NCBI GenBank assembly: GCA_977030845.1
Contig: OZ365114.1
Location: 15,934,001 to 15,998,000 of the forward strand
Source: Fimbriosthenelais zetlandica
Lineage: Eukaryota
Direction: 5' to 3'
Length of the DNA stretch: 64,000 nucleotides
Shown: positions 27,301 through 42,100 of the stretch, piece after piece
Numbering within the stretch: position 1 is the stretch's first letter
Layout: each line of letters opens with the position of its first letter
Program-made: the position numbers and the translations under genes
The notes under the pieces: model-generated
Told to the model about the DNA's origin: nothing
Databases searched by the model: none
The model's input: the letters and a program-made list of their open reading frames with translations, nothing else

Positions 27301-30300
27301 AGTAACTCTTTTTGATGTTATAACATCGGTGGAAAGGAAAAAGAAATATTTATATACACATCAGTTTTATTACCTTGTAACAATCAATGGTAATTAATCC
27401 GTTACATCCTGCCATTAATAGTTGGCATAAGATATAGTAAATCAGACTTATGTAATTATAAGAATCCACTGCTCTGTAGACTAATTAGAGACAAGGTGGG
27501 TAAATTGAAGGTCTAATGGGATAATTTATATTCCGTTCAACGAACGGAGGTGTTCTACTTTATTGTTCAGGGGGCGAATCAATCATCATTGACTGCAAAT
27601 AGAATCAATATTCACCCACATGTTATGCCTCATTGGAGCTACTGGTTTCACCAAATTGCACAGCATGGAAGCAGTCATTAGGTAACACAGTCGTGCTTTA
27701 AAGTTTGGAAAGTGAGAGAGTATAGAAGCAGAGCTTACATGTATATTCACTGCATGCGCATGTGGATATTCAGTATCATATGACCCATATTTCTTTCAAG
27801 ATAATAGATGGGAAAAACTTCGAATTCATGTTATCATCAATACTGCTGACTGGGGTTGATAGTCATTGCCGCAAAAGTAAAGAATTAAGAAGGATAATAA
27901 CAGGGGGATTGAACAAGATAAAAGTAAGGCATAGCAAGGTTGAATAGGCACAGGGATGATTATGTAAAGTTTGTAAAGTTAAGATAAAATGAGAGAAGGC
28001 CGAATGAAGCTTCCGAAAAATTTATCAATAGGTAACATTGCATCAGTACTGTAGACTCCTCCAACTCCCCAAGGAGACAAACCTGAACTGAAACTAAGCC
28101 GTTCCAAGCTGTACCTGAAGAGGCATATCCACTCAGGATCTAAGGATGTCTGCCGACAGACAGTCAGGTGACAGGGCCAAATTGCCTATTCACCCACTTA
28201 TGTCAGTTTTTAACGAGATTTAGTCATTCAAAGCACATATTATGCAGCCAGACTATCTTCCTAGAAGTTTCTATAGATACAAGTGTCACATCATCACATT
28301 AAGTGTATCTTTTGTATTTTGTTACACATTAAAGGCTGCTTCAGACTCTTTGACTTGCTTTTTTGGATTAAAATTGTATATTCTGGTCTTTTCCAGACAG
28401 GATGCTTGGAGTTCCAGTAGGGAGACACTTAGACCAGTGAGGGATAGTGCATGTGAACAGGAGTGACTTTAATGTTTAACAGTAGTTTTGTTCTGTAGGT
28501 GGTCTTCTTTAGCTGTTTCATACACAAGGTCTTTGAAAAGATACCTGCTGCAGTCTCTGTGAAAGGTTTGAAACCTCTCTTTTACAATCTGTTAAAAATG
28601 TACTGTATTCATCAACTGAAACAACTGATGCCTGGACGATTTCTTAAATTAATAATCTTTTTGAGGTCACTAAAAATCAGTTTGACACAGTGTTATGCAT
28701 GACTATTTTCTTAGCTCTGTTTGCTCGAGTTTCTAGCCATGACCATACCCAAGCAAGGGACCTAAAAGACTTCGAAAGAGTCAAATTACCTCCTGAAAGA
28801 ATGGTTTGTAACTGTTCAACCACTCCATTGCTATCTCCTTAGAAAGGGACCCTGGGGAACTCCCAAATATAAATGAACAATACATCGTTAAAAATCGTTA
28901 ATCTACATTTGACAGGACAACATATTGAGGACTTCATTATGGTGGAGCAGGGAAGTTCTAGGAAGGACCTTCCCCTAACACTAAGAAACCTGAATGAATA
29001 TTATTCAAGGAAAACCACAGTTTACACGCATTCACTCTTCCAAAAAAAGGCCAGTTTGCACTGCTTCTGTCTAGTACTATACCTTTTGAATTCAAATGAG
29101 AAGCACTTTGAAAACCATTGCATTCAGTGCAACCTGTTGGTGTGCACAATGATGTAGGCCTTTTGGTAAAATTGGCTGTATTTTACTTGCATTTAAATTG
29201 ACCACTCCTAAAATGTCCCAGGGGCATTGGAGGGCTGGAGAAAGCAGAGTATACACCATTTCTGATCCATTTATGCATCAATTATGAAACAGTAAATGTT
29301 ATAAGGGCTGAATATAAGGTAATTATAGGAGAAGATTTATATAAATGAAAAAAGTACAAGTTAATGACAAAGGAAATGCTCTCAAGGGATCTATCTAGTT
29401 ATTATAGCCACAGTAATATGAGGAAAAAGCCTGCCAGACCACATTAAGTGACAGCTGATATTGCCATTAAGTGACTCCCTCAACCACTCGGCAGACACGC
29501 TGTTTTAGCGGAGTATTTTGATCTTTATTTCCCGTGTTTTAATGATTTTAATAGAGAGGTGAGTCAGAACTTAGCCAAGCTTGTAGACTCTCGTGACCGG
29601 CATTCGGCTCGAGGGGAGTTGTGCTGCTAGTTTTATTTTTCTTGTCTGCTTGACCCAGAGAACGCGTGTGCATGCTACAACTCATGGAAAATGAGACTTC
29701 TCTGGTCATGCATCAGTGAAATATCTTTCTATAGAAAACCCCTGCAACAATTATAAAGAATCCGGATCTCAGTAATTTCAAAATAAGACAAACAAGAAAC
29801 TTGAACTATGGCCATTATTCGAACAGCACATGCAAGTCTGGATGATATCATTCCGCGAGGTAGCATTTCGGCAGGAAATTGCCCGAAAAATTACTGGAAA
29901 AAGTGGTCAATCTTTTATGCCTTCTAGTGATGACCCAATTTATATTATTTAAAAGCCCTTCTCTTAAGAATCTGGGCATACGATGTTCATAAATATAATT
30001 AGGTATATTTTTCGGCAAGCAAAATGATTGACTTCTCTCTGCACCAGGGGTAATATATATTGGAGCTGTCATATTATTATTGATTAGTATATTTATTGCC
30101 CCAGTCTCAAAATGAATACATATATGGTGCCCCAAACTGATCGATGTTTCCTTTGACATTAAAGCTGAACATGTTGGATAATACATTGTTTCTGTTTGTC
30201 ATAGCCCTTAAGTGTTCAAAATGATACATAGGCATCACTCTGTACTATATATGACAGTATTTACCTTGCCCTGAAGCTATAATAAGGCACTAGTTACCTG

Positions 30301-33300
30301 TAATTGACACTGACTGATTGACATGAGCAACAATTTGCTGGTCTATTTGGTCCTGAAGAGGAAAACCCAACCTACCATACCCGAAACGATGCCATTAATG
30401 CTGCATGTCCTCGCCTACAGAACAAACTGACGCTCAATGATTATACACATATGAATATGTATCTACAAATCACTTAGACTGGTGGGAAGGGGCATTTAAG
30501 GCCAATAGACCCCCACCCCTAATTGTTCCCATTGTCGGCGTCTTCCCCCATAATGGGTAATAGTGGACCAAGGTTGCACACATCACAGATGCACATACAT
30601 AAAAGGATGTTACAACCAGCCCTGCTCCCTGTCCTCAAGTGAGACGATAAGAGTTTATTATTGTTCAATTATCCTAACCTCCCATCCGTGACAGATCAAG
30701 ATGCACTCTCATCCCTCTCTCTCACTCTCTCCCCATCAGTAAATGGCTGCTTATACCTTTTGGTTACTTTGAGACTATTAGAATATCTATACTGGTCACA
30801 AGAAATGTTCCTTGATAATTTTGTTTAGACTTTGGTTATGGCCATTATTATAGTTGGTTATAATATATAAAATGTGACAAATTCCTTTAACATCGATTTC
30901 ACTTGTTTCTATGAATAACATCCAGTTAAAATTTAAAAAAAAAGAAGTAATGCTTATACTGTAAATTTTCTGATCCACAGAAGACAAAATGAATGAAAGG
31001 AGATCAAAGGAAATGTCAGTGCCCTTTTAATGAACACATTAAATAAGCCCTGGGGATAAAAACTAGACACCGGATGTGCGAATGTATTGATGTTTTATGC
31101 TTGTGCATAAATGTGTATGTTCACAGAGATCTAGGTGTGCTACTGTGTATATATGCTGTGGAGGTCGAGGGTTGGCTTAGAATCCATTGCAGCCATGCAT
31201 GGACCTTTGTACAGATTAAAGTTACAGGAAGGGACATTATGATCCTTCCTGTAATAGTATTTCTATTACATAGCCTTTATATATATTACATTATAGCTAT
31301 ATATTATTTGGAGGTGCCTGGGGCGTCAGGAAACGACCTATATATAAAGTTTATATATGTGTGGTGAAGGTGGTATCAGCCATGGAGGAAGCAGGTAACA
31401 GTCTGCTACCATCACCTCTTCGCACCGTCCCTCATATCTCTCTTACAAATCATTGCACAGAATGTCATAAAGAACCAAAAACCAAGGGGTGATAAATATA
31501 AGCAAGAAAAGCAAATGTACTATTATCGTTTTTATTCTACGTAAAACAAGACTGGTACCATTTGTCAGAGGCCTTAAAGTCCAAATTACCTCTTCTTGTA
31601 AAATCTATTAGCAGTGGTTATCCCCAGGCAATGACTAGGAGCGGTGGAGTGTCTTGTATTTGGGGATATGAAGGTATTATTGGACACACATTGATAATGC
31701 ATGTTATTTAATTGGATTTAGTAAAGGAAATTAGCAAATTATACACACTAGTTTAAGGACCGTAAAGCTAGATCATATGAAAGAAGTTTTTTAACATCCT
31801 GCCAGGAAAGATTATAGAGAAAACTATTAATCAATACACATTTAATCTAACATCTAAGGCTGTACAAATGCATCATCAAGATATGTCACACATTTTCACA
31901 AGATACACAACACATTGCCCAATAATAACCAATAGTTTTCATACCCTTTGACTGATCCCCTATACATCTTTTTATTTCACAGATTGTGTGAACCTACTGC
32001 TGACTCAATGGTGACATCAGGAAGGAGTCAAGTACAGTCATTTGACATCACATAATGTCAGTGCAGTAAGTCTTTCTATCAACATATGGACTCTCATTAA
32101 AAGTATAGGAGTCATATGCCATCTTCAGAGGGACGTCTCTTCATGGTAGACCCAGCTGATGAACGAACACCATTAGGACTTGCCAATTGCACTTGCAAAG
32201 ACACCTTGGAAAAGGACCAATACTCTTGATATTTCTTGGCATTGTTTCCCATCTATACCTAGATGTTCTGTCTGCTGTCTTCCTCTGCATCCACTTGTTG
32301 GATTGTGAAAGAGCTGGTGAAGTGGAGACTGAGAAGAATACTTGGCTGGGTTCTATCCTCTTTGTAAAAGAAAGAAGGGTACGAAGCATCTCGCCCTCTC
32401 CCTTCAGCATGGGATATTCATAATAGACATACATGAGAGGGGAGGGAAGTACTTGCAACGCTCTGTTAGCAAATGCAGTTTACTATAACTCGCTCCCAGT
32501 CACTGGGGACCATACTACTCTAAATGGCTTAGCTGTGTTCAGGTACCAGCTTTAACAGGGACTTAGGATCACAGTGAAAATTGATGAATGAACTTTCTGT
32601 GGGAAACCTCAATCAATAACTTGTGTCAACATTGCTGTGATCAGATCAATGTATTTAGGGTGAATCACAGGTTGTGATAGATGCTGGCGTCGGAATAAAC
32701 TCATAGGACCCATTAATGTGCTGCAATCAATCACAATCTCAATACTTTATACAAATAAACAGTTAGGGCTACCACCATACACCACAAAGGATTAGGAGGT
32801 TAGGCATCGGTTCATTTGGTCTCCGCTGGCTTAGGGAGCTTTCTGGCGCTACATTGAATGTTGACCAGCACAGGTGTGCCAGAGCAATGCCGGTCCTGGT
32901 TTCCCGAACACCTCCACCTGTCTACCAATGTGAAGTAAAATCTACTGTCCTGGACTGAAAGGGTGCAGTCTGCAGTCCACACCAACTGGTGGAAGGGAGG
33001 CAGGTGACATCAGGAGGGAAGGTGCATGCTGCAGGAAGGAAGAAGGGAAAGAAAGAGGGCCCACCACAGAGTAGGTGGGGTACAAGTATAAGAAAGGCAA
33101 GGAGAAAGCTGGCTTTGACAGTTGGACTACAACGAACCCAGGAGGCAACAGCAAGTGAGAGAGCAAGAGAGAAAAAGTCAGCTGTAGCAATTGAAAAGAG
33201 ATTGACTTGACACCAAAGGCTGGTTTAAGGACAATTTAGGATTCTATCACTCAGCATCATCTGTATAAGAGTGGTGACTTTTTGACAGAACATTAGATCA

Positions 33301-36300
33301 TTTAATTTGAGCTTGCATTGTTTTAATGCAATCAGCAGAGCAGCAGGTGGTTCTACCTCTCCCAGCTAGTTTCTCTATTAGTTGTTAGTAGAGAGTGAGT
33401 GGGAGAGTAGAGAGAGATCAATCAGTTGGTTATCAGACACTGGGACTGCAAGTCACTGGAGCAAAGAGGACAGATCCTGCACAGCCAAGGATCCTGAAGT
33501 ATTTAAGAGTGGCAAGAGTCCTGGCTTTTCTATCATTTGCACGCGACCTCCCAACCTGTGCACATCCAGAGGCACAGAACAAGACTTCAACCAAAGAAGA
33601 CTCATATTCTTATCCAACAAGAAGATCACCTCACTTTGCCTACAAAGTGCAACAGCACAATTAATATTATTCATCATTTCCCATTCAGGAGTAAGGATCA
33701 CTGTACTTGTATGCATTCAAGGAAGAACTTTGAAGCTTCAATTAAATCGATCCGGGAAAGGTCCTCACATTAGGTCTATACAAATGATCCTTGGACAATA
33801 ACAATATTATCACAAAATGGATAGAAGGACTTACACCTCAGTCACCCTACTAGGGATCTATTGCTTCTGCATCTTATTTGAACTGGTAGGTCCATCTTCC
33901 AACTTTTTTGTTCTCATTGTTTCGTTAATTGTGCCGTTGATGGCATGCTCAGCATGGGCACACAAAGACTCATCCAATACCATGATGAACAACTCAGACC
34001 ATTTGACAATTTAGGCCATTGATATAATTCTGTGAGGCAAGGCTGTCATTCAGCTGTACCCATGGTTGTTGAAGTCATAATCTCCCTACGCTATTCCAAT
34101 GTATTAAATTACGGTTGACCACATTCGTGACGAAAAGCCATTAGCAAGCTCACAGTACTGAGTCAAAAGAGAAATAGCCAAAAACAAAACACTCCGCCAT
34201 TCAAAGGAGATTCACTGGGGTCTTTGTATACCCAGGGTCTACACAAACTTGGCTGCAAAGTGGTGGGCAGACGTCCCCATCAGCTGATTGCAGAATCACG
34301 CCTCCCCCCCTCTCTCAGCCCTGCCATCCATCTTCCATACACCCGATCATATGGAGCAGGTTTATCTGCTAAAGTCTACACGTGGACCTCAGACAGATTA
34401 ACCACAACTGAAGTGTTTTTTCTTCTAAGCGCACACAATGCCAGTGACAGGTTTCACCCCCTCCTTATAAAGCCGTAGTTGAGTTGGTGTAGTTTTTATT
34501 CCAAATTCAACACTCACCGTCCTCCTTTCCTCTGCTTCTAGTTGCCTTATGCACCCTCCCTTCCACCCCCACTTTCACCCCAGAAGGAAGTCTTTTCTAA
34601 GTCAAGATGACAAACGATATTTATATATCACTCTCTCTAAATAAAGGTCGCTAAGTGGATAAGAGGGATTTGGGAAGAGAATAATTACTGTTGGCAAACT
34701 GCCCACTGGTCAATAGGATCAGATGATTCTACCTGACTGACCCTGACAAAAATATAGAACTATTTATATCCACTATGTCCTTATCAGCAAAGTTCTTTAG
34801 CCATCATTTTAGTTGCTTGCTTTAAGGTTCAGTGACTCTAGGAGTGATACCCAAACAGAAGCCTGCTTATATAAGGTCACAAGTAGCACTAGGATATCCT
34901 GAAGGTGGCTTAGGCTTACCTCAATGTTGGCCACCTGTTGGTATAATTAGACATGTAAGGGAGCAATTTCTCCTTGTTCCGGGATCCTGTGTACCTGGTA
35001 ACCAGGGACCTGGTAGTTAGGGAAGTCCGTCCATCATACCACAAATGACCCTGTCGTACTCAGACTCGGTCAGCTGTTTATGTTGCTATTGTCAACAGAT
35101 CAGATTTTTTGGTAGGATGGACGCGCCTTTTATTCTTAATGGGATGGTCAACTTGCCTCTACTTAGCAAATAATGTACACATGGCTGGTGTAGAGACTTA
35201 GAATATACTCCTTAACCCTAGTTTTAACCCAAAGCTCATTCAAAACTTTATGAATGAGGTCCGATGTTCTTGCCTTGCTGGGGACACGCTTTTCAGCATC
35301 GCTCTTGCGGTTGGTCTGTTTCAGCAAGGTCTCCTTCAGAAGTCTGAGCTTTGATCTCTTCCTTACAATCGATGAAAAGTCTTTATCAATGAGGAAAGTC
35401 AAATTGAAGGCCATTTAGGTGAAAGGTCGGGGGCAGAGGGGGCGTGTGGGGTGTCCTAGGACCTATCAGTCCATGGGTCTGCCCGACCCCAGCAAAGTAT
35501 CATTCTGATCTTTCTGTTCGCGGCAGTGTCACGCCCCTTACCTCCCATGTAGCTTTAGCTAAGTGGGTGGTACTTGAATCCATCTAAATTTAAGCATTGC
35601 ACGCTATATTTATCAAAATAATGGGGTTTCAATGATTTCTCCAGCTATTGCCATGTCGCAGGAGGATTTTTACAGGATCTGTTGACAATATCGGACACGT
35701 CTGATCGTCAAAATAGTTGATGACCTGCTTTGATCGCTTGCCCCAGGGTTCTTCTGATTTCAGAAACGGCCGTGAGCAATTGTATTAACATGGAGGGTAC
35801 ATCATGGGCTAGCTTGTTGAAGAAGACCTGCAGGAGAGCTCTGACATTGAACTGTTGGGTATCTCCTGAAAAGGTTGCCTTCCTGACAACTTCAACTGAC
35901 CACTTGAAGTACTAGGCACATATAGATCATATACCTTCAATCTATTTTCCAAGCTTACATTTGCATCAGAACAAGGTTGACATGGAAGATAGCTAAAGGA
36001 CAGGCTACTTGAACCCATTTCCCATATTAATATGTCAATCATTGGACAATTCAGTGCAAGAGGGCATATTGTATTCCTTAGACAAGATCCATAAAGCTTT
36101 GAACATAAACTGGTGACCTACATAGTTCCAGTCAGCTGATTCTGAAACGCTGCTGACTGTTCCCAGGGAGGAGGAAGAGCACCACCCCCAGAGAAGACAA
36201 ATTTGGAAAACTGCTGAGAGATTTTAGTATTATTATAAGTATATTATAAGACATGCATGGCTTGCAGACCTAACAACTCAGTAGGTGTGTCTAAAATACA

Positions 36301-39010
36301 TTTTATAATTCCACAAAAGACACAGAAATAATGATTACAGTGACCTCATAACCATATATGATTCATCATCGCTAGTCCTAAATATGAGATCCCTCTTTTC
36401 ATCTTTTTTTAATCTGATGACATAAAAGAGATATAAGTGTCTTGGGAGTCCAATCAAAGCTTTGAGGAGTGATTAACGGGGACAGTCAATGATTCCTCTG
36501 AACACTGACATGTGTCTTATTGGTTTCATCTCGCGTTTAATTATCATGACATTAGTCCTTTGCATATATATGTCCCCAAAGTATCTAGATGCCAATGTTC
36601 TTTTGTTAATCAGACACATTCACTTCACTGTCTGTAGGCAATGGGGACACTTTTTCTTTGCAGACACAAAAAAGTCATCAGTATAGGGCATTACGGTTAA
36701 TTTTGTCTCATTCAGTCGGATGCACTTTTTTCAGATAATTTTCATGAAGTGTCTCCCACGGTAACTAATTCCAACGACTATCTGCTCGATTCGACACTTA
36801 ACTTTAACTTCAAGTGAGATCACTTACAGAAGTAAAAGGGAGATTAATGCACCATTATGAAAAGACTGCAGTGTTCTCAAATCAAGAACGACTCTGAAGG
36901 AGAGTCCTGAGTGTTTTTTTCTCACTTCTTCACACATCTACTCCAGACACAGCTCAGTATGGGACAACCATTCAGTAAAGAGTTTATTTCCTCAATTCTT
37001 GTTAGTTTAAGCCGTCTGAGACTTGTGAGACGAATACAACTGGTGCTTTGGAGATGGGATTTTCTCTCTGAGACATGTTTCTGGGTCAGTCACACACGGT
37101 TCAGCCCCCCCCCCCCCCCCACCCTTACTTCTCCCGTCACCCTCTACTGTGCTCCTATATGCCTTCTCCCTTCATCACACCATAGATAGACAACCATAGG
37201 TGTGCGTGTTGAGTCAGGATGCAAAACCATATGGACCTCTCCGTGCCCTCTACATTTCCGGTGCATTATGACGTCACGACTGCAATTGAGCCATGGCTGA
37301 ATATAGCGTTGAAGCCTTTTGGAAGTGTCGATGTTAGAAAAAGAATGTAGCCTAGCCTTTTTATGTTCTCTTCTTCTCTCACCCAGTCTGCTTTCAACTC
37401 TTTTCGTGGTGGCAAGTAGCAAGACCTGAATGACCCATAGTGAATTTGGCTTACTGAGCAATAGGAGATGCAACTGTTACCTTATTGTGCCAACTGTCAA
37501 CTTTGTACATCAAGGCTTTTTTTGAATTGTGTCTGCTTCTACTTTCTCACATCTTGGTGAGATTGCTGATGGAAGAATACATGGAAGGGGGTGGGTGAGG
37601 GTGGTGGGGGTTAGTTACAGGCTGGTAAGCACCCCCTTCTTGTCTTGCTTTTGGTCATGGGGTATTATGTATGGGGTAACTAACTACTACACTATCCGAA
37701 TCACGTACCTCCCTTGAGGCTAAAGTGTCCTCTACCTCTGAGAGGAGGTCCTGGAGAAGATGGTGGGAAAAAGAAGATAATGAAAAGGAGAGAATGAGGT
37801 TGAAGACAATAACTATAACTGGTTGAAGACTATATCTTCAGAATTTAATACATTTAGAATCCTGTTTAACCATACTTGACATACTCTGAAGCAATAACAA
37901 ATGTTAAACATTTAAACTTCAATAACAATAGACTAGATGACTTCCTTAGTACCATATACTACAGTAGAGCGCTTTTGAATACAATACGGATAAGAAGAAG
38001 GCCTCAATAGCGTTTCCCTGGATCCCAGTTTATGATGATGACTATGCTTAATTGTTACGTTATGTTGCATAAAATGTAGGCCAAATGCTTTATGGTTCAA
38101 GCGAAAGTCTATAATTTAGGTAAAATATTGCTACGGTTCCAAAATTCGCTCCATAATGTTTGAGCTTTTGGTCATGGATGAAGTCTGTTCAACTGCCTCA
38201 GGCTACATTATAATAGTCAGTTTTAAATAATATTGCTGTTCGGTAATTTACAGACTGAAAGTGACTCATTGGGATGCAAACAAGGACTGGGTTGCATTTA
38301 ATGGAGATATCAATAACTTTTTATGAAGGCAACGCAGACCGTGGCCAGACAGGCAAGAGTTGAATGAAAGTTGCCAGGTACATCTATTCTGCATGTCATC
38401 AGTGATGTTATTAGTCGAGACCAAATTGCTGTAGAGGTATGATTTTTCACCGGTCGAAACACCTTAGACGACTTGGCAAAAGGCCCAAATCTGCCAGCGG
38501 TCTTTAGCATGAAAAATACACTTTGATATATGACTTAAATTTTTGTTTCGAACTTGGGGGAAATTGATATTTACGAGGTCACACGAGAGACAGACGGTAA
38601 AGAAACTAGTGCAGTTGTGCGTCTCTTAACCCTATCTTATAATTAGGCCTACGTATAAATAGGTTGCCTTAATAAATCACACTTATTAGCAGTTGATAAT
38701 TGTTTAAATGGCCTATATTTATTGTGCTTTCTGCTCCCCACCTTTGCTGTAACTTACCCCGGACAAGTATTGTATGTCCCAAGGCATTATTAGACGGTGG
38801 GAGCTGCTGGTGTGATCGCATTATGTCGTTATGGACATGCAGCAAGTGGAACAGAGATCCTGTCATGTTCGCAGTGAGAGCATGTTGCCTAATTGTTGGA
38901 GGCTTTTATTGAGTCTAGGAAAAGGTGTGATGCTTGGTCGGAGCGACCTGAATGGGACATATGGGACAAGTGTGTGAGGAGTGAAGATCTGAAGCAAATC
39001 TCTGGGAATC

Positions 39011-39121
39011 GACACTTCCTTCACCTACCTGATCAGGGTTAGGGCTCGACATTTCCTTCACCTACCTGATCAGGGTTAGGGCTCGACATTTCCTTCACCT
39101 ACCTGATCAAGGTTAGGGCTC
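39011..39121. repeat. 37-bp tandem repeat x3 containing AGGGTTAGGG
   Basis: GACATTTCCTTCACCTACCTGATCAGGGTTAGGGCTC; copies 1 and 3 each differ from copy 2 by one base. Confidence 0.95.
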
Positions 39122-42100
39122 CTTCAGTCCGGTTGGGATGTTGGTGGCCTTTTGGGGGCCATTGGCAACTGTGTTATAGTATAAAATGCACTACAAATCA
39201 CTACATATGATATCATATTTCCTTTCAGTCTGTACGATCATGACCTTTCTCTCATTCATTTTTTTTGGGTAAATCTGATACATGTAAATCACAGAATGGA
39301 TCCCCTTTCATTACATAAGATTCTCAGATAAATGAGCCCAGTATTTAAATCTATTTTAAATGTCCTTGGGACGATGCTCACTTTGACAGTGATATAAAAC
39401 ATAGAACCCGATACATGTTCATCCTACAGGATTCAAGTGTGGAAATAGTCAAGCACTTTGCCTGATTTATAGCAGTCAATTCAACCTTGGAGGGCTGCAG
39501 TCATTCAACCCCCCGATGAAAATAGATCACCACCCTCAAAAGGTTGACCACATACATGTCACTCTCAACTGAGATAAATTTCCTATATTACCCATCTTAA
39601 AATCTGACATTTGATGGTCTAGCTTTAATACCCCAGTTTAATGGACCTTATAATTCCCAGTAATTATAAACGTGGCACACTCCCTTTCACCTGGGGGCCG
39701 TGTCAATCTTATATATGATCTAGTTTTGGAATGGGTTGATCACATTGTTATAGAATGTATATTTTACATGAGTCTTTCATATAGATCTATGAGCAGGATA
39801 TACTAAATCATGCTCATAAAGATATCTATTGCCTTTTAATGAAACCTGGAAAGTGACGAAGTGATAAGCACCGAATGCTTTACCTAGATAAATATCACCT
39901 TCTTCACCTGGTTCACCCCTTGGGATCAAATCTTCACTGAATTACCTGGTGATATATCGACCTTTCTTTATTCCACTTCCTTTGGATCTTTCCGACCTTT
40001 TTAATAGATCTGCAAGAAGGACCACCAGAAGGGCCTCTTTTTCCTGGCCCTTTTCTCACACTGGACATTGAGTTAAATCTCTGGTCATTGTCCAACCAAC
40101 TGGAAATGAGCATTTCCCTCCCTGGCTTTTCCAAGGCCGCATTAATTAAAGTACAATTTTCGGTCTAATCTATGTCCCTATTGCAGATAAAGTGAATACA
40201 TAAATTGAATACAGTAGGTCCCTGGATGGGAAGAACGACATTTAGGAAACCAAAATAGATACATGGTTCCCACACCCAGGAAAAGGATATTAGGTGTCCT
40301 CCTCAATTGGGATAGAAGTGCCCCCATAAATTGGAGAGGGTGTATTCATGTGAAATGATTTTCCTCTTCCCATCTCCTATGCATCCTACTTATATTTGCT
40401 CTTGTCTTTTGTTTACCTAGGGTATATAGAACAGATATCTGTGTGAATATCTGTCCTCTGTTTCGTTTGTCAAGAGCTGGAGGACATATTTATCTGTGAG
40501 AATATCTCGGGGAATATTTTACACACATTGGATTGGAGCCCTAGACAATGATATGCATCTTTACACACCCATCAAAGTCAAAATCCTTCAAGATAAGCTT
40601 TGCCCGACTATTCTTTACCCACAAGGATGTCCCACATTGTATCCATACCCATTCCTATGTATTGTTTAGCATCATTAATGCGCTTCAATTCTTCGATAAT
40701 GTCCTCAGTCATTGAATGGCTGGAACAATACGTTCACATAGAAACTTACCCAATTCCCAGTTACCCTTGCTGGTATAATCAGCGAGGCCAGAGTATAGTA
40801 CCCACCACAGCTAGTGTGAATCGCTTGACCTACAAAAGTAATAGACCTTTAATAACTGAATAAGCCCAGACCCTTGAAACACCTATTATGATTAATAGGT
40901 CTCCCTTTAATATAGGCAAACCTTCCAGGTAAATATATAATAAACTACCACCATGGCACATTTATCACAATCTTTACATTGGCAGTTTTTCATGTGAATA
41001 CGGAACGGTTGTTAACACAAATAAATGTATAAAAGCATTGTATTATATCAATTTCTATACACATGTGATTGTAGGTTACCTCTATTTGATTGGCAAGACT
41101 GATCTCTAACTTTTTCCGGTGAGGGGAGTTCAAAGAAGGAGAGGAGGAAGGAAACTGCCCTGCTTTTGCAAGCAGCGTGAATATCTATTAAACCCCATGC
41201 AAACTCATGTCTACACTATGAACATGCGTCTGACTCGAGGATTATTGCCTGTCTAGGGCAACAATACATACACCTACCTGACCTTACTCGGTACACAAGG
41301 GCATTTTTATAGAATGGAAGGCCATTTGGATAGACGGAGACTGAAATGGAAAAAACTGAAGGAAGTTTTGGGCTTGGAGAAGGGCAAGGCCATACGGGAT
41401 TTTTACATAAAGAGGGGGAAAGAGAGGACCGTATATAGGCAATCAGTCTGGTCTGTAATTCCTCATTGTTGTACATGTGTAATCAAAGCATCCTCAGTAG
41501 AGAATGGTGTTGACATAAGACCATAATTTTATGAGGTGTATGTATGGGAGGGATGATGGAATAGGATTAGGATGGGAGAAGGTATTGTGGGGTCCATGCA
41601 AACAGGAGCACGTGAGATTGTCACGCCTATCTGGTCTTAGATTGCACATGGACTTCCCCTTTCTCCCTTTCCTTGTCTCATTTCCCCCCTCTACCCTTCT
41701 GCATCTCTCCTATCATCCCACCCATTTACTCTTCTGCTCACTTTCTTCCTAACGTCGATAACACAAAGAAAATGTTTCCTTCGAACCATTCAAATATTGA
41801 CCTCTGCTCGAAAGCATTACTTGCGGCAATTGCCCATGATGGAAGACAGACAAATCTAATTGACCAATCCTATGTACAATAAGCCGTATAATACGAAAAT
41901 AAAGTATCATAAAATCAACAGACACACGCCCTCGACCCTGGTGAAAAGGTTATATACACACATAAAAGATTAAAATCGCTTAACAATACACCGGGTAACA
42001 ATACCCTGGGGGTGCACCTAAGAAAGTTTTGTATCATCCGGAGAAGCTTTTTACAAAGCCTTAACGAAGCACGCAATACACTGTCTCTGGCTGGATTTTT

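Noticed and set aside
30497-31578. TTAAGGCC...GGCCTTAA as possible Kolobok-type termini
   Set aside because: Only an 8-bp match, which recurs elsewhere in the window.
33817-35020. NSDHL (APE endonuclease end) and GGLGLP (post-RT motif of L1/Tx1/R2) suggesting a LINE relic
   Set aside because: The motifs are very short, only ~900 bp apart with no RT motifs between them, and the other APE motifs are absent.
35708-35911. 67-codon open minus frame YFKWSVEVVRKATF... after a TAG acceptor-like site
   Set aside because: No recognisable domain, no donor and no partner exons; the length is attainable by chance.
16255-39121. Short direct-repeat arrays (25, 26 and 37 bp) as CRISPR arrays
   Set aside because: The units are head-to-tail with no unique spacers, the context is eukaryotic, and there are no cas genes.
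40640-40860. Apparent two-exon pattern on the minus strand (ttttgtag...gtaagt...ttccag)
   Set aside because: The intron would be only 30 nt and the phases give an immediate stop.
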